A stretch of DNA of 64,000 bases from Pocillopora damicornis. Taxonomy: Eukaryota. The stretch covers positions 186,001-250,000 of the forward strand of contig NW_020846461.1 in the NCBI RefSeq assembly GCF_003704095.1, read 5' to 3'. The translations under genes and the position numbers were made by a program. A model generated the notes under the pieces. That model was given only the letters and a program-made list of their open reading frames with translations. It did no database searches and was not told the DNA's origin. This document shows, piece by piece, positions 23,501 to 37,385 of this stretch. Numbering within the stretch: position 1 is the first letter of the stretch; the number at the start of each line of letters is the position of its first letter.

Positions 23501-25143
23501 AAAACTCCTTTGATTTTTCCTTCAAAAATTTGTTTTTCTCAAGGAAAACCTGTTAACTTAGAACCGTGGATGATTCAAAAGCTAAACCGGATCAATTCTA
23601 TAGGGTTCTGGATAAAACTCCACCAGAAACAGTCGAATCTATTTGTCACAGCCGGAAATCTCCAGTGAAATAAGATAACTTAAGATCTTTTTAAATAGAA
23701 AACAGCATACGAATGTTGTTTTGCTTGTTTTTTGCATTAATCTGAATTTATCATATGACACCATTTCCTACCTTACCTCAATTTTTTCCTCTTGGAGTGT
23801 TTGAGCGTGTGATGACGTGATGCGGGCTTAATTTTCACTGCATCGAATAACTCAATTAACTTCCGAGCTACACCGATATTTTTGAAATTTTTTGTTAAAA
23901 AATAGAGAGGAAATATTTGTAAAAATTTCAAGGTCCTGATCTGAGCATTCTCGTGATTTAAATTAATTCGATCTGTCCCATATAGTGAAGATAAAAAGAA
24001 AATAACACTTGTCTTGCCATTTGATAGTGTAACTTTGATCACCTAACCCAATAACAGAAAAATCTAAAAATTTGTTGCTGCGTAATTAATGGTTCTGTTT
24101 CGGAAGACATGTGAAGAAAAATTGGATTTTCCCTCGCACTTAGTCTCTCTCCTATCGCATTTCATATCTACTTCTAAGTAGTGTGAACAAAGTGTACCTA
24201 GCTCAATATTGCGCTGGATTCTCCTCGGAAAGAATCCTCTTTTTACTGACGAGAGTAATTTTATTGAACAGGTTTTAGCATTTTGGTCGGTTTTAACCAG
24301 TTTAGACAAGTTTACAGCCCGGAATCGCGTCGAATCTAGAGGCTAGGAAGTTTAGTATGGACTACTTGTGATTTTCGGACCGTGAAGATCTTCCCTAATT
24401 GCCATTTTGAAGTTCAGGACTTTACAGGTGGTCATGTCAACAAAGTTTACCAACACTTACCGGTGGCTGATGAGCCCGGATTTGTCTGTTTCTCTGCTTC
24501 CTCAGCGATGTCTGATAACTCCTCATTTTCTGACAAATAAAAGAGAATTTTTTTCTGCAAAATGAGTCCAGAAAGCTATTCTAGGAAGTTCGATTTAAAG
24601 ATTTTTAGAACACTAAACGCAAGGTTGAATTATTGATGCCAGGTAGTGATTTCACTACTTTTGCATACTCGCTCACTGAAGTAATCAGCGCTTGGAAAAT
24701 CTCAAAGAAATTTGAGCGCTCCGAAGAAAAAATCACGATAAAAAAAGTTTTTTTTCTTTAGCGTAAGAAACTAATTCAATATGAAAACCAATTGAATTTA
24801 ACTCCTTTCCACCAATTAGTCAGAAATACTAAATCTGACTGACTTTCGCTGACCCAGCGAACCGCGGACTGACGCCTCAACAGAAAAATTAAAATAACTC
24901 GGAGAAACTGTTATGAAAATGAACAAAATTGCACTAGAAATGATGGCATCGCACAAGCAAAAGCCTTCTTAATGAAAAGGCTCAGAGTTTCTTAGGTGAA
25001 AAACACGATTGACCTTTAATCTTGAGAAACCAAGTTGATCCCGGTGCGTTGGTATAACAGTACAGGTACTTACCCTGGTGTATATCCTCGGCTAACTTCC
25101 TCTTGTTGCGAGAGGCTTTTTTCACAAGGAAGGATTTTGGCAT
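20509..25143 (-). CDS. SNAG-domain transcription factor with HNF1/HMBOX1-type POU-like domain and five zinc fingers (1 C2HC + 4 C2H2)
   Basis: Exons 25143-25074, 24529-24461, 23039-22568, 21856-21654, 21376-21200, 20813-20509 splice in frame with no stops. N-terminus is MPKSFLVKK (SNAG). Central segment [45 protein letters not shown]...[13 protein letters not shown]. Zinc fingers carry TGEKPY linkers. Confidence 0.88.
21028..21190. repeat. Long imperfect hairpin repeat element (similar architecture at ~32325-32670 and 53908-54198)
   Basis: Inverted arms TTGACT..GGGCTGAAAGGGAAAT..TGGCTC / GAGCCAAATATTTCCCTTCCAGCCC..AGTCAA around a short centre. Confidence 0.6.
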
Positions 25144-27796
25144 ATCCTCTAGACTCGGACGCGTTCTTTCTCTTCAAACCAACTCCACTGCTCATCGAGC
25201 TTTAAGGCAACTTAAGGAGGAATCCCTCCCTCCTTGCCTCAAATGACGTTATCAACCGATTAGCCCTGTCTCCATTTGCGTCTCTGAGACTCACAAACCC
25301 CCATCAGGTATCACCATTAACAACGCGTAACTGATATCCTTACGATTTGCGCACGCGCAGGAGCAATCTGGCGTTTCAAAATAAACCTGGAAGTGCGCGC
25401 TCAGATTACAGCTTGCAAACGTCTTCTAAAACTTGATCGAAAATTCTAATTCTAACCGTGGTAGTATGTGATGAAGATAACTCTCCACAATTTTCGTGAC
25501 AATCGACAGTGATGGTAAAATGTTGATGTTACACCGCTAGCTGTTTGGAGAAGTTTCGGTCCATCTGACCAAGCGGATTGAATAAGTTAGCAATTACGTC
25601 ACAACCAGGTGTACGGTTAGGTAATAAAATTGACTGTCTTACGGTTAGAGTCATGCTCCCAGATTAACCGACTCTTAAATTTCAATTTCTCACGATTGGT
25701 GCCATCCATCCCCTTTTTATTTTAGTCAGTATACATTTTTTTTTAAAAAAATTTGAATCGGCTTCCTGCCGACGTCCCTGCCAGGTCCGCTAACGTGCGG
25801 ATATCTCGATATTTACCGGTGTGATACTTGTTATTGGCCGGTTCTTGAATATCCCGCGCTCGACCCGTTTTTAGCAGTTGTTACGGTGTCGAGCGGCGAG
25901 CCAGTGAGTAAACTTACAGGTGGCCGACAGTAACATGTGTAAACAGCGACTAGGCCTCGTGTGTTCAGTGTGATAAGGTCAGAATAAATTGAACAACACT
26001 AGCAGAGATCAATGTCAGCGTGGGTTGAGTGTCTATTCTACATGGATGAAATCACTGTCGAAATTCCCTCTTGTTTTAGAGATAATTTATCGAACTTTTC
26101 GTTAATCAAGATTGGGAAAGAACGCGATTGATTTTTGACGTAAGATGATCTGTTAATCTCCGACGTTTCTTCAATGCATGGTGCGTCTTTCAGCTGGAAG
26201 TGTTGTTAATAGCACAAGCGACTTTTTGCCTTCCCAGTGTATGGCTATTTTCTGCTATAGATAGTTTGGTTGAACACAAAGTTTTAAAGCTAAACACGAA
26301 GTTAATTTTGTATTTTAACCAGTTGCACTATTAAGCAGTGTTATGGAGCAAGATATCGTGTCAGAAACTAAGATCATTCTAACTTCTTTCAGAAACTTTT
26401 GTGCATGTGACGAATTCCAATCAATATAGTCACGATGGGTGAAATTCATACTAAAATCAAAGCCGTCTTAAAGTTTACATAACGAGCTTAGTTACTGACC
26501 CTGGATTTACTGAATGAATTAAAAATGCTGACAACTTTAAGAATTTAGATGACAAAGGTTAGCTGCCGATAAACCATTGCGCATCAAGAAGATTCTGTCT
26601 CCATGAAAACGTTAATTGAACATTTGATTGTAGAGGCAAGAATTCAATGCTCTCCTGGGTCTGTGCGGAAACGTTTTTGAAATCTTAAAGTGAGTTTTGT
26701 TTCAAGAACAATTTAAATTGCTTCCTCATATTTATTGCACTTCGTAAGAGATATATTTGAATCAAGCAGGTCATATGCATTAACAGGTTGCGTGTTAGAA
26801 TTGAACGCGCATCGTCACTTGCAACACTGAGCTTTCCCTTTTCAACTATAGAACTTGAAAATAATTTATGTGTCTACAAAATTGGAAACTTTCACCTCTA
26901 ATTTCAAGCTTAGATTTGGAAATTACGTCCAAATTCTTAGAAAAGAAAAATTCACTGTTTTCCCAAAACAATCCAAATAAACAATTTTGGTCTCAAAGTT
27001 TATCGATGAGCATTCAGGTAATTAGGAAATAGAGAGAATGTTGTCCAATGCAGCTTCTCGGCTCAAACTTTCAGCGTTTATTCTCAATTAAGAAAACTTT
27101 GTTTTTACGATTTTCAGCTATCCACTTAAAGGAAAACCTTCCAGAGGATGATTCTTGAGACGTCATTTAAATCTCCGTGTTTAGTTTCTAATTGTGAATT
27201 GTTTTTTTAAGGCGAGATGACCGTATGATTAGGCAGTCAATGATCCGTGATAAATAGAAAATTAGTGGGAATGTTTTCCACGAATTTGTCTTTAGCAACA
27301 CTTAAATAATCTATTGGTACCTAACTAATTGGAGAAGCGTTGCAGCAGCGTTGAATGGCTCCACCACTCTGTGCTTTAATTAGCCTCTGAATGACTGAGG
27401 GAAACCGGCTTTGATTTGCCACCAACAACTTAGAACTATTTTGTAATGCCCCAAAAAAGAAGCAAATTTTTGACGAATTGTTTCGGTTGTTGTGTTAATA
27501 GTTTTCTTCAAAATGGAACATAAGGGAGAAAAAGAAAACCGACGGATTTGTGCGAAATAACTGAAATAAACCATGTTCATATCAAGCAAAACAAATGGTA
27601 ATGGTCAGTCAAATGAAAATAAAAAATTGCGTGTAGCTGGTACCCGCTTAAAAATGATACACTCATGCGCAGTGGCCTCAGCGATTTTTTCACGTTGCTC
27701 CTTGCACAAAGGAAACGAAATTAGCTTACAAAGGATAAATGGAAAGCAAACTCTTCTTCAACGTTTTAATTGACTTCGTACTGGATCTCAAAACAA

Positions 27797-29575
27797 ATGC
27801 TTCATGAGGAAGCGGGCGATGTTGAATTGCACATGGCCTCTTATCGCTTCTGCCATCGTCTTTGTTTTTTTGGTCTAATAACGTTCTCTCTCTGTTCCGT
27901 TGTGTTCATCATGTCGAGAGGTAAGCACGGCGAAAGGATCTTCTTGCTAAGGGGTATTTACTTTCCACGATCTATAAACATCCATATTTTGCTTGGAAGA
28001 TAATCGTGAAGACCCCGTGCGTCGAGATGATCGCTTATTAAACATTCATTGAAGCGTAAAACAAATTTATTAACATGCTTCTTAAAGTGGCCCCTGAAGT
28101 CGTGCGTTCGATCGAGAGCCATCAGCACTGTCATTGAAATAGTAAACATATCAAAGCTGTCCTTTGCTTATCAACTCAGATTACAAAACTTAACTGTAAA
28201 AGAATCATTGCTTTAAGGGTATTGCACAGTACATTGGGTCGTTGAGATTTCCGGGTTCAAGCCCAGGACGGGTCGTTGAGTTGTGTCCCTGGAAAAAAAA
28301 GAAAAAAAAAACTCCAACCAGGGAGAATAGTTGGTAAGGGGGGAGTAAAATTATTCCTGGTCGCTTATTTTATGTCACGTAAAATGTTCTTGCCTAAGCA
28401 AGATTTGGCTTGAGCTTAGAATTGTCTCGATATGCCCTTACTAATCTCTTCTTTCGTTAGTGCCACTAAAAATATATTTTTGTCCTTTTAATGCTGAGTT
28501 TGATTCGAAATTCTCTTTAATAAAAGTAACAATTATACTTTTGATAGGTTATTTGTCCTTCTTCGTCAGCCGAGGATTTGAAATCGTCGAAGAGGAAAGT
28601 AATTCGATCGAACGAAAACGCGAACTGCCCATCATCAACAACCACAGAGGAAACTTCAGTAAAAGAACTTGTAAAGAAGGGGATTTTGAAGATATCTTAT
28701 TAGTTATTGTCTTTGTGGAAATCTTCTATGATTCCATTCCGTTACTGGAGCGACTTTACAGACATCGTTTTCCACATATAGTTTATTGCGGACCTACAAA
28801 ACCACCTGGAGACCAAGAGTACAAGATGATCGTGGTATCTATGCTTCACGGAGTCACAGCTTACGATTGTCTGAGCACTGCAATCAGAACACAACCTCAA
28901 TTTACGGGTTATTTGTTTATTAGAAGTGATTTGTTTTTAAATTTTTGGAGCATTTCAAATTTGAATAGATCTAGGATATGGGAAAGCTCTGAACAGCTTG
29001 GTTACCAGGTCATGTTTGAGCAACCGCGCGATTCCTGGATCTGGTGGTACACGCCATGGGGGCTAAAAGCTTGTGAGGAGGCCTATAAAGACCTTATTTT
29101 CCTGAATGACGCGCAGAAGCGTGCAATAATTGATAGCAAAGGGCAAGAGGAAAGTTCGTGGGACGTGGAAAACTCATTAAACGCTTTGCTATGGAATGGG
29201 CGTGGCTTAAACATGTGCTATCGAGGCTTTTCAAACCTATTTTATATTCCTTCAGAACAGGCCACTGCTTTTGAAAAACTGTCCACTGTTTTTCAAAAGC
29301 ATCAGGTATATATGGAAATAGCAGTTCCCACCATGATTAAAATGCTCGATCTGTCCGAAAAATCAGAGAAAATATCAGGAGTAGATATTGGATTTATTTA
29401 CGGGGAGGAGCGCGCACAAAACGACGGTAGTTTATTTTGGCGATATATCTCGCGCAACATAAGTTATATTAGACCTGTTGTGCTAACGCGTAAATACTCT
29501 GCAGAAAAAAACTCAGTCGGGATGGTGGAAGTGTTGTTAAATCGATTTAACCATACAAACTGTTCAAATAGCTAG
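27797..29575 (+). CDS. Type II membrane protein resembling the C-terminal domain of STELLO/DUF288 putative glycosyltransferases
   Basis: Exon 1 27797 (or 27833)-27920 with TM LCFFGLITFSLCSVVFIM; exon 2 28548-29575 in phase. DILLVIVF..IPLLERLY..F.HIVYCG, YDCL..AI, GYLF...D..LNFW and EIAVPT match this family from memory. Confidence 0.7.
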
Positions 29576-30400
29576 TTTATAGTGCGATCAATTTTTTATA
29601 TCTAGAAATTAATTGTTGCAGGAGAAATATGTTCTCGAAACCACAAGGTTATTATCTCTACCATTAATAAGTGTTTATAAAAAATATTACTCGTTGTGTT
29701 CTGAGAACCTGAGGGGTGAAAATCCGACTCGGGTTTCACAACTTTGCTCGTGAATGACGTCCCTAAATTCAACTTACGTTCCAAGAACCACAACGCTCAC
29801 TAAAGAAACTTCTGCCATGATTATTACGAAGACTACCTTTCTGGGTTCGTTTTTATAGCTCTTTGAATGTTGAAATAGATTGCATGGAGATCAGTGATAA
29901 AAGGAACAGTGAGATTCAAAATAACAGCGCACGCAGCAAAGATTAGCCACTTGGCACCCGCATTCGCTCCGAGCTTTATGACAAGTTTCTTCAGTTTTTT
30001 GTCCACCTCAAAAAGCCCATTGATTAAATGGACAGGATCCTCTCTCATCACGCTTTCTCCTGGCAAAGAATACTTCCTTGGGACTTCAGTTTCTTTTTCG
30101 TATGTCATGAGGATTAATGTTCTCAGCGACAAATTTCAAAAAAACTTTAACTTTGATGGCAAACTTTCTAGGTTTGTGTATTTCTTTAGAATAATCGATG
30201 TCGTAACGTGATCTTTATAAACTGTAGCTGGTTTTTCCTAAGCTTAGAATAGCGAATTTATACCAAAAAACAGAATAGAGGGGGAATAGAACTTGTGACC
30301 ACCAATTTCAGAGAGAAGGACAATTAGTAAGGAGATTGCTAACAGTGATTCATGGAGGAGAAATGGTAATGAGTGCTAATTTGAAAGACTGCTGACCATA

Positions 30401-31309
30401 TTATGTTCCAAGAGAGGAAGACTGGTGACCAATGTGATGAAAAAGTTCCTTCTCATACATGTTCTTCTTATCTTTAAGCATTGATTTTCCTCCTCTCGAA
30501 GCGTAGTAACTATATAACAACCAGTCGCAAGGCATTTCAAAGTAAAATTTCTCGAGATAACGACCCAGAAGTCGAAGATTTTCGTCGTGGAAAAGCTTTC
30601 CTATAAACCCCCACATGCTGAAATTCAACACTTCCCACGTAACATTTCCTCTTTGATCAATAAATTTTCGTATTTGACTCAAAGTGTTGGGCTCAGTTGT
30701 GACATCATCTTCAAGATGCAAGTAGTAATTTGCAAGGCCATGACTGTAATAAAACATAAACACGTAATCCATGCTCTGTTTTGAACGCCAGTACATTCTG
30801 TCAGGCCCGTCGCCAAGAGTAGACGGAATTCCTTTCAAGCGAGGATAGAACGAGGGAGGAGCCGAAATTACATGAATTAAATTCATCTCCATGTATTTAC
30901 TAAAGTTTTCTAATAGTTTCTTTTTGACGATCGCGCGGGCTGATTCTTCGGTGTCGGCGAGAAAAACAACAATTAAGATGTTTTTAAGGTCATCCTCCGA
31001 AACATTACTCGTCAAGAGCGAGTTTAAAGTTGCAGTCAAATAACTTTCCGTCTTGTTCTTGTAAGTTCTTGCGACAGTTGGAATTCCAATGGTTAGAAAA
31101 ACTAAAACAAAAAGATTAGAAAATAATTGGCAAAGTTACATTTGATTAAATAAACCGCAATAAGGGATATAATCGTGATGCCTTCCATTTTGTACCTTTC
31201 CTCGTAAGTGGTTTTCCCAGCTCCCTCACACTTGTCTTCGTGATGATCTCCCCGTTTGGTGAACAAGACAAAACGTCCTTCACATTACAGCTTGCCTTAC
31301 AACTCATAC
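30401..31309 (-). CDS. MGAT4C-like alpha-1,3-mannosyl-glycoprotein 4-beta-GlcNAc transferase (GT54), catalytic domain; 5' TM exon unresolved
   Basis: Exons 31309-31196 and 31101-30401. FLTIGIPTV.R, YL..TL.SL, WRSKQSMDY, YYLHLEDDV, GFIGKLFH, PCDWL, LFHHIG.SS. Confidence 0.88.
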
Positions 31310-34300
31310 CTGAGAAGAGAACATCCGTTACTCTTAGACGTATCTTAGAATTATTTCTCCCCATTAACTCTGCCGTAACCCATTCATGTTAGAGACCTTT
31401 AGCAGCCAGGAAAGAAACGCCGAGGAAGACTTCGATTTAAAAGTGAAAGTATATTTTTAGTTAGAATTTCGCGAATGACTGGATATGTTAACTGTCTCTT
31501 ACAGCGCCACGCCTCAACTTCAACATGACTTAAGTGCTCTGCGTTGAGTTTTAAATCGATGCTTAAAATACCGTCTAATTTCCCGTTGTCAGATCACGAA
31601 AATGTTGGTGATCTTGCAGAGGACGGAAATGTACAAAGAAATGTACAAAGTTTTAAAACACTGGTGCTGAGCCATTGCTCTGCCTTTTATGTCCTTTGTT
31701 TTGCCACGTCCCCGTTGCCGTCGCTGTTGTGGTTACTAGTGTAACAAGCCAATGAGAACTCGCAAAATCTCAAAGTGAATCATGCTCAACTGAAAGTTCG
31801 TAGATAAATTAATTTACGATTGGTCTTGGTTTTGCGACTTGTTGTTTGTGCGAGAATCAGCATGATTCTTTGTCTTAATTCAGAACCGGGGAGGTGAATT
31901 TTGAACCAATCACAGCACTGTTTCCTCGAAAAACCCCTGACTACTTACTGACGTCAGGTGGTTGAAATTTCCAGTTTAAATGAAGCATCAGTCCCGCTGT
32001 GAAAATCAGGAGAATTGTCTTGGAAGGCGAATTATTTCCTCTTGAATAACCAAGACATAACTTCAACTGTGAAGAAACAAAAACTTGTTATAACATTTTG
32101 CAATACTCTATTCACAGACCGTCCATTTTCTCTTTGTTCATCTTCAAAGGTGCGAACGAAACTGACAGCCGAGAAGATTTGAATAATGTGAACACTTGGG
32201 AGAAGGGGTTGGGTAAACTAAGAATTTTATCTTGCCCTCGCGTGTTGGCGGACTAAGTTTGCAATGAAAGTATTGATATTAAAAATGGAGACTGAGCAAT
32301 TATTGGATGAAGTTAATTGTTGAGCATAATATCATGATTTATCAACGCCGAGCTCTGAGTTATCTGCGGAAGCCAAAGGCTGAGGCAGATAACACAGACT
32401 CGAGGTTTGATAATTCATGATATCATGCAAAAAACGAATTCAATAATATTTTTATCATACATTTTTAAACTATTTGCAAGAGAAGATACTTCTCTCTGCG
32501 TTTGTAAAAGTATGGGACTTGGAAACTAGGCAGACTTTGAACTCGACTTGATGACTCAACATCCGCTGCAGACACTGGGTTATCATGTCAACTTCACACG
32601 CTAAAGTATACTGACTGTATGCTCTCTCGACCAATTAGAGTTTTCAAAGTAAGTCTAATGTGTAATAATAGAAATAACACCATAGGCAAATTCACTCAGT
32701 TTACCTTTACCATCCACCTCATGTTACCGACGTTTTCCTTGGAGTGTTTAATTAAGTGCAATCATGTGTCAGAGAAGAGACCTTTTATTAACGACTTTCT
32801 ATTGTTCTCACTTTCCAGATTTTTCTAGCGCCAAGAGGTCCATCTGTGGCTGCAATATCAAAAAAAAAATAATGATTTTCTCTCTTTCATCTATACCTTT
32901 TTCCGAGAGAGCGTTGTGAAAGCTGAAAGAAATTGCGGATCATGAAACTTTATACTGAAACATTTTCAAATCATAGAAACCCTTGAATGAAGCTTTCAAG
33001 AATAAGTATTAAATGGCGATTTAAAATATTTCATGAAGAAATCAGTACCCGTTGTCTTTCAACTGTTTGCGCGCTAAAATGTTCTGGATCAATCTCAGTT
33101 GCAGAGCAACTGCGCAACCGCCCTTCCTCTGACCCAACAACGAAAGCCAAGTCTATTTTGAAATGTGTCTCCAGAATGCCTGGAACTAACTCACGTATCA
33201 AGTAGTTTTTTTATTAACAATATTGGAGATTTTTTACGTTTCTTACGAAGTTTTTTTTTTAACTAGCCTTCGAGAAAAAGGATTTAATAATTATTAAAAA
33301 ACACCGACAAGAAATCAAATACCCATTGTCTTTCAGCGCCCATGATGAATAATTTCTCGATTGTTGCAGAGGCCAACGGATTGTGCTGCCTTTTCATGCT
33401 TGAAACAATGTTATTTCGGAAATCAGTCAAATTGTTTTTGCTCTCAAAATTTATTTTAATGGCCTGAATCACCACCATAACACAAATCAATAAAATTTTA
33501 TTGATGGCGATTGTCATCATGCGAAAGAAATTTATCGGAACAAAACATTTGGTGAATACGGTATTCGCCATAGTTGGTCTGAGAACCGCGTCCTACCTTC
33601 CGAGCGTTGTTGACACAGTTGATCTGTAGGAGTCTTCACTTATTTCAGTTTTCCAAATTCAAAATTGTCTCTGTGTAGCGAAAAACCTGTCGTCTGCATC
33701 AAATACATCTTCTTTCGGTCACCTCCGAACTTATCAAAGGTAATTTATGCAAAATTCACGCTATATTTGTTAGAAATAGCGATCAGTGAGTTTTCGTTAC
33801 CGTGGATTTCAATTTTTTTTCCAGCCACGTCGTTTTTAAGGACATTGAATTTCCAAAAATTGTAATTAGCAACAAGTTCAGCGTCGAAATAGCGTGAGTC
33901 TATGAGATAAATCATACCCTGGAAATGCTAATTTTTGCTTGCTTTCTAATAGAAATTTCCCAGAGTTATGTCCCGCTTTAGATTGATTGATAACTTTGTA
34001 GATTCCTTCAGCATACTGATTTTACAAGCAAAATATCTAGTTCTGCCCGGCTCCTAAGAAAGCCTGCTTTCCAAGGTTGCCGTGTCTCATTCGAAGCTCT
34101 GATGACGTAGCATGCATTTGGACTCATTTTAGGAAGCTGCACAACGCAGATCTTGGGATAGGCCGTTCCAAAATGTCTCCACTTTCCGCTTCGCACTTTA
34201 CACCTGGGTATGTTGGCGCAAGAGAACACTTTCTCTTGATTACTGCCAATTATCCCAAGACCTAGTTATTGTTCGACAGACTCAGACCCCGTCCACACAA

Positions 34301-36021
34301 ATGCGTTTCCGAAACGCTCCGTTTTCGTCTTATTAAAAACGCATCGAATACTTTGCGTCCACATCAGCGTTTTCATAGCGTTTTTGAATATCCACTCTAT
34401 TGATGTACTCGTCAAACTGCGCATGCCTGAGCGAACGACCCTTGGCTTCCCTTTGACTTACTTGTCCGAGTCGTGAGTCGCGAACCGTTTGAGAGAACCA
34501 ATGTTCAACAAAAGGTTGAATGACGCAATATTAAGCTCCAAAAAAGCGATTAAGCAAGGCAAAAACATTAAAAACATATCCATACGCTCATCCGTCTTAT
34601 TTGTTTCGAATTTGAGACGAGAGGCCTGGAAATAAGGTTGCACGACGCTATGGCGTCATCCAACGTCCTTGTTTTCGAAAGGAGGACGTCTCCGTTTTCG
34701 ACTGTCTTTACTAAAACTACCCAGCTGATAAAGCCAAATCATCTTGTAACACCCTCCACCGAAGCAGCACCACAGTTTCTGTAGAAAATTATACCCCTTA
34801 TATTCTCACTGTGTTGTGTTGCCTTAATCTGGAAAGTTCACATCAAACTTGTGCTCTGTTTGAGATAGCGGCTCATATGACCGTGTGACAGACAATCTGA
34901 AGCACAAAAGGTTCAAAATTAGAGAAAACTTTTATATCACAGTCACCCACTGGAAATAGACCGCTCAATACAGGTCGACCACTGAAGACATGTTCCACAG
35001 ATTTGGGGTATTAAAAAAAACGTAAACTGAATCTCGCTCAAAAATACTATTTACTTTGAATCTGGGAGAGAATTGATTAATTGATAGATTATTGCTAGTT
35101 TTATTAGAGTGATCCCGCTTTCAATAACCGTTCAATACAATTGGAGGACGATAGAAACAGGCTATTGGGACCTAGTAAAGGGTGACCAGGACCGCTAAAT
35201 AGAGGTGACCGTTTAGTACAGGTTCGACTGTAGAAACACGTACAGATGTGAACCTTACGCCAGTAGAAGGGCGTAAAAGATAATCACGGAAACATCGAAT
35301 TTAAGAGCGTATGAACAGGGAACTAAGAATTTTCTTTCTTAGTATAAACTACGCAACAATTCATACCTAAACTACACAACTAATGTCCGGCGAATCGTGA
35401 CAATTTAAGACAGAGCGAATACATTTGTTTTGAGCAACAGTTTGACCTTAAACTAATTAGAAAAAAACAAGATAAGCATGAATTATTTTTAACAGGTACC
35501 GCGTGTGTTAACGATAATAATATTTGTGCGTGACCTCAGTGATTCAGAATCAAAGTAATGGGTATCTATGGGCCATTTTTTTGCTACTTAAAAAAGAAAA
35601 AAAAAACACTATCCACTCATGTTTAAGCAGTTCTCTGACTCGCCTCAAATATAAGAGACAGAACGTGATTTTATCGTTTAGGTCAGATAACTGTGGCTGG
35701 TACCGGGAGGTTAATTTGCCAACTTGACCAACGAGAAAATTCGGCTTGGATTTTTTATTTTTCGTATGTGGAATTGCTCGGGTGTACGGTGATAAAATGC
35801 CGTCAACAGACGCTTTCATGGAAACTGCGAATATATATCATGGTTCATCTTGGAATTCTGTCAAAGATTTTCTACAATATTTCTCCTCGTTAGGTTACAG
35901 AACGACAGTGATATTCGTCTTGTAGCAACTAACGAACGTTATACTCCGTTAAAACAAACAAACAAGGGAAACTCTTTGAACGAAAACTGTCGATCATTTG
36001 CCGGCTAAACAAAATTAAGTT

Positions 36022-37385
36022 ATGCCATGGCCACGATGTGGATTAGGCTGGCTTTGCATCTTACTAGTTATCTGTAGTGTTGTCACAGTTCTCTCATCGT
36101 ACTGCGTGGCTCTTTCTCATGGACATATTTATCCCTTTCTGCCGGCGATTAGCGAAACTGGCGTCTTATTTCCGGAGAAATATGTCTTTAGAGAGTTAAC
36201 AAATTTAACTGCGTTTTTGTTCATCTCCAATGCGTTTGTCCGTTTTATGCAGTACAAACTTGTGGCTGAGCAGTGTCGAGAGGAGCATGTAAAACTGCGA
36301 CGTCTCAACAAACTAGCTTTTGTGGTCGCCATCTTGGCAGGTGTCGGAATGACCTTCGTGGCTAACTTTGAAATAGAAAAGGTATGGCTAACACAGTTAT
36401 TATATTAGTCTTAAAACCTTGCAATTTCCTTCTGATATTGTTTCCGATCTCTAAAGCGGATATATTCATATGTTATAAGTTAGTGAGTGGCGTTTGAGAT
36501 TCATGACACCAGAAACTCGCAGATCGTGATACGAATGTTAGATAAAGCGACCGGTCATTATTTATCGCCGATATGGCGGGGGCGGCCTCTCTCCTCTGTC
36601 CCCTTTCCCTCCCCCGGTGATAAATAATGATTGGTCTTTGAGTGAAATGCAAGCAACTTCAAGCTTATATTAACTCTTGAAACTCAGACTTTTTCTGTCT
36701 CTGAAGCTGACGAGAAATAGAGGAGTCCCATAGTTCAAACCAGAGACGTCCTCTGGGCGGGAACCTTTTTGTCTTACCCCAGGTGTTATCGTACCCCGAA
36801 ATTTCGAATCTCGGTTGGCGGGGGGAAGGGAAGACATACTGTTGGGGAGGTGCCGTAAAAGAAATCACCCCAGGGTGTTAAGTGATGAGGATAATTTAGT
36901 CATTTTTTAGAGTAAGATATCATGGTTGACTAAAACTTAGATCGAAGAAAAAGCACTTTTGCTTTTACACTATTCAGGACTGGTCCATTCACGACATCGG
37001 TGCGATGACAGCCTTTTTCAGCGGTCTTCTTTACTGCTGGTTACAATGCGCAATGTCATATAAGCTACGCGACCACGGTGTCATCAACAGCTCAGCAGTG
37101 TGTCACTCCAGAGTCACGGTCTCTCTCCTCATAACCTTTTGCGTGGCGATATTTGGCGCGTGCCAGACCAAGGCCAATTGGGAATGGGACCAAGCTCGGC
37201 CTCGTTATCATTTCTTAGCCAAACTCAAATGGAGCCCTGAAGATCCGGGATATTTTTACCACGTGGTATCTAATGTTGCAGAATGGAGCATGTGTGGAGG
37301 AATGCTTCTGTTTATGTTGACGTTTGCGCACGAGTTCCAGCAAATAGAGATAACATCTGATATTTCATCTACTGATTACTGGTGA
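36022..37385 (+). CDS. DRAM/TMEM150 (Frag1/DRAM/Sfk1) family membrane protein
   Basis: Exons 36022-36381 and 36978-37385. HIYPFLPAISETG..PE, VANFE, IHDIGA, AEW and multiple TM helices. Confidence 0.88.

Noticed and set aside
33284-34643. Hydrophobic ORFs 33284-33571 and 34458-34643 as the TM exon of the MGAT4-like gene
   Set aside because: No donor in the right phase joined the 31309 acceptor, and the intermediate candidate exon near 32705-32850 has stops in all frames. Left unresolved.
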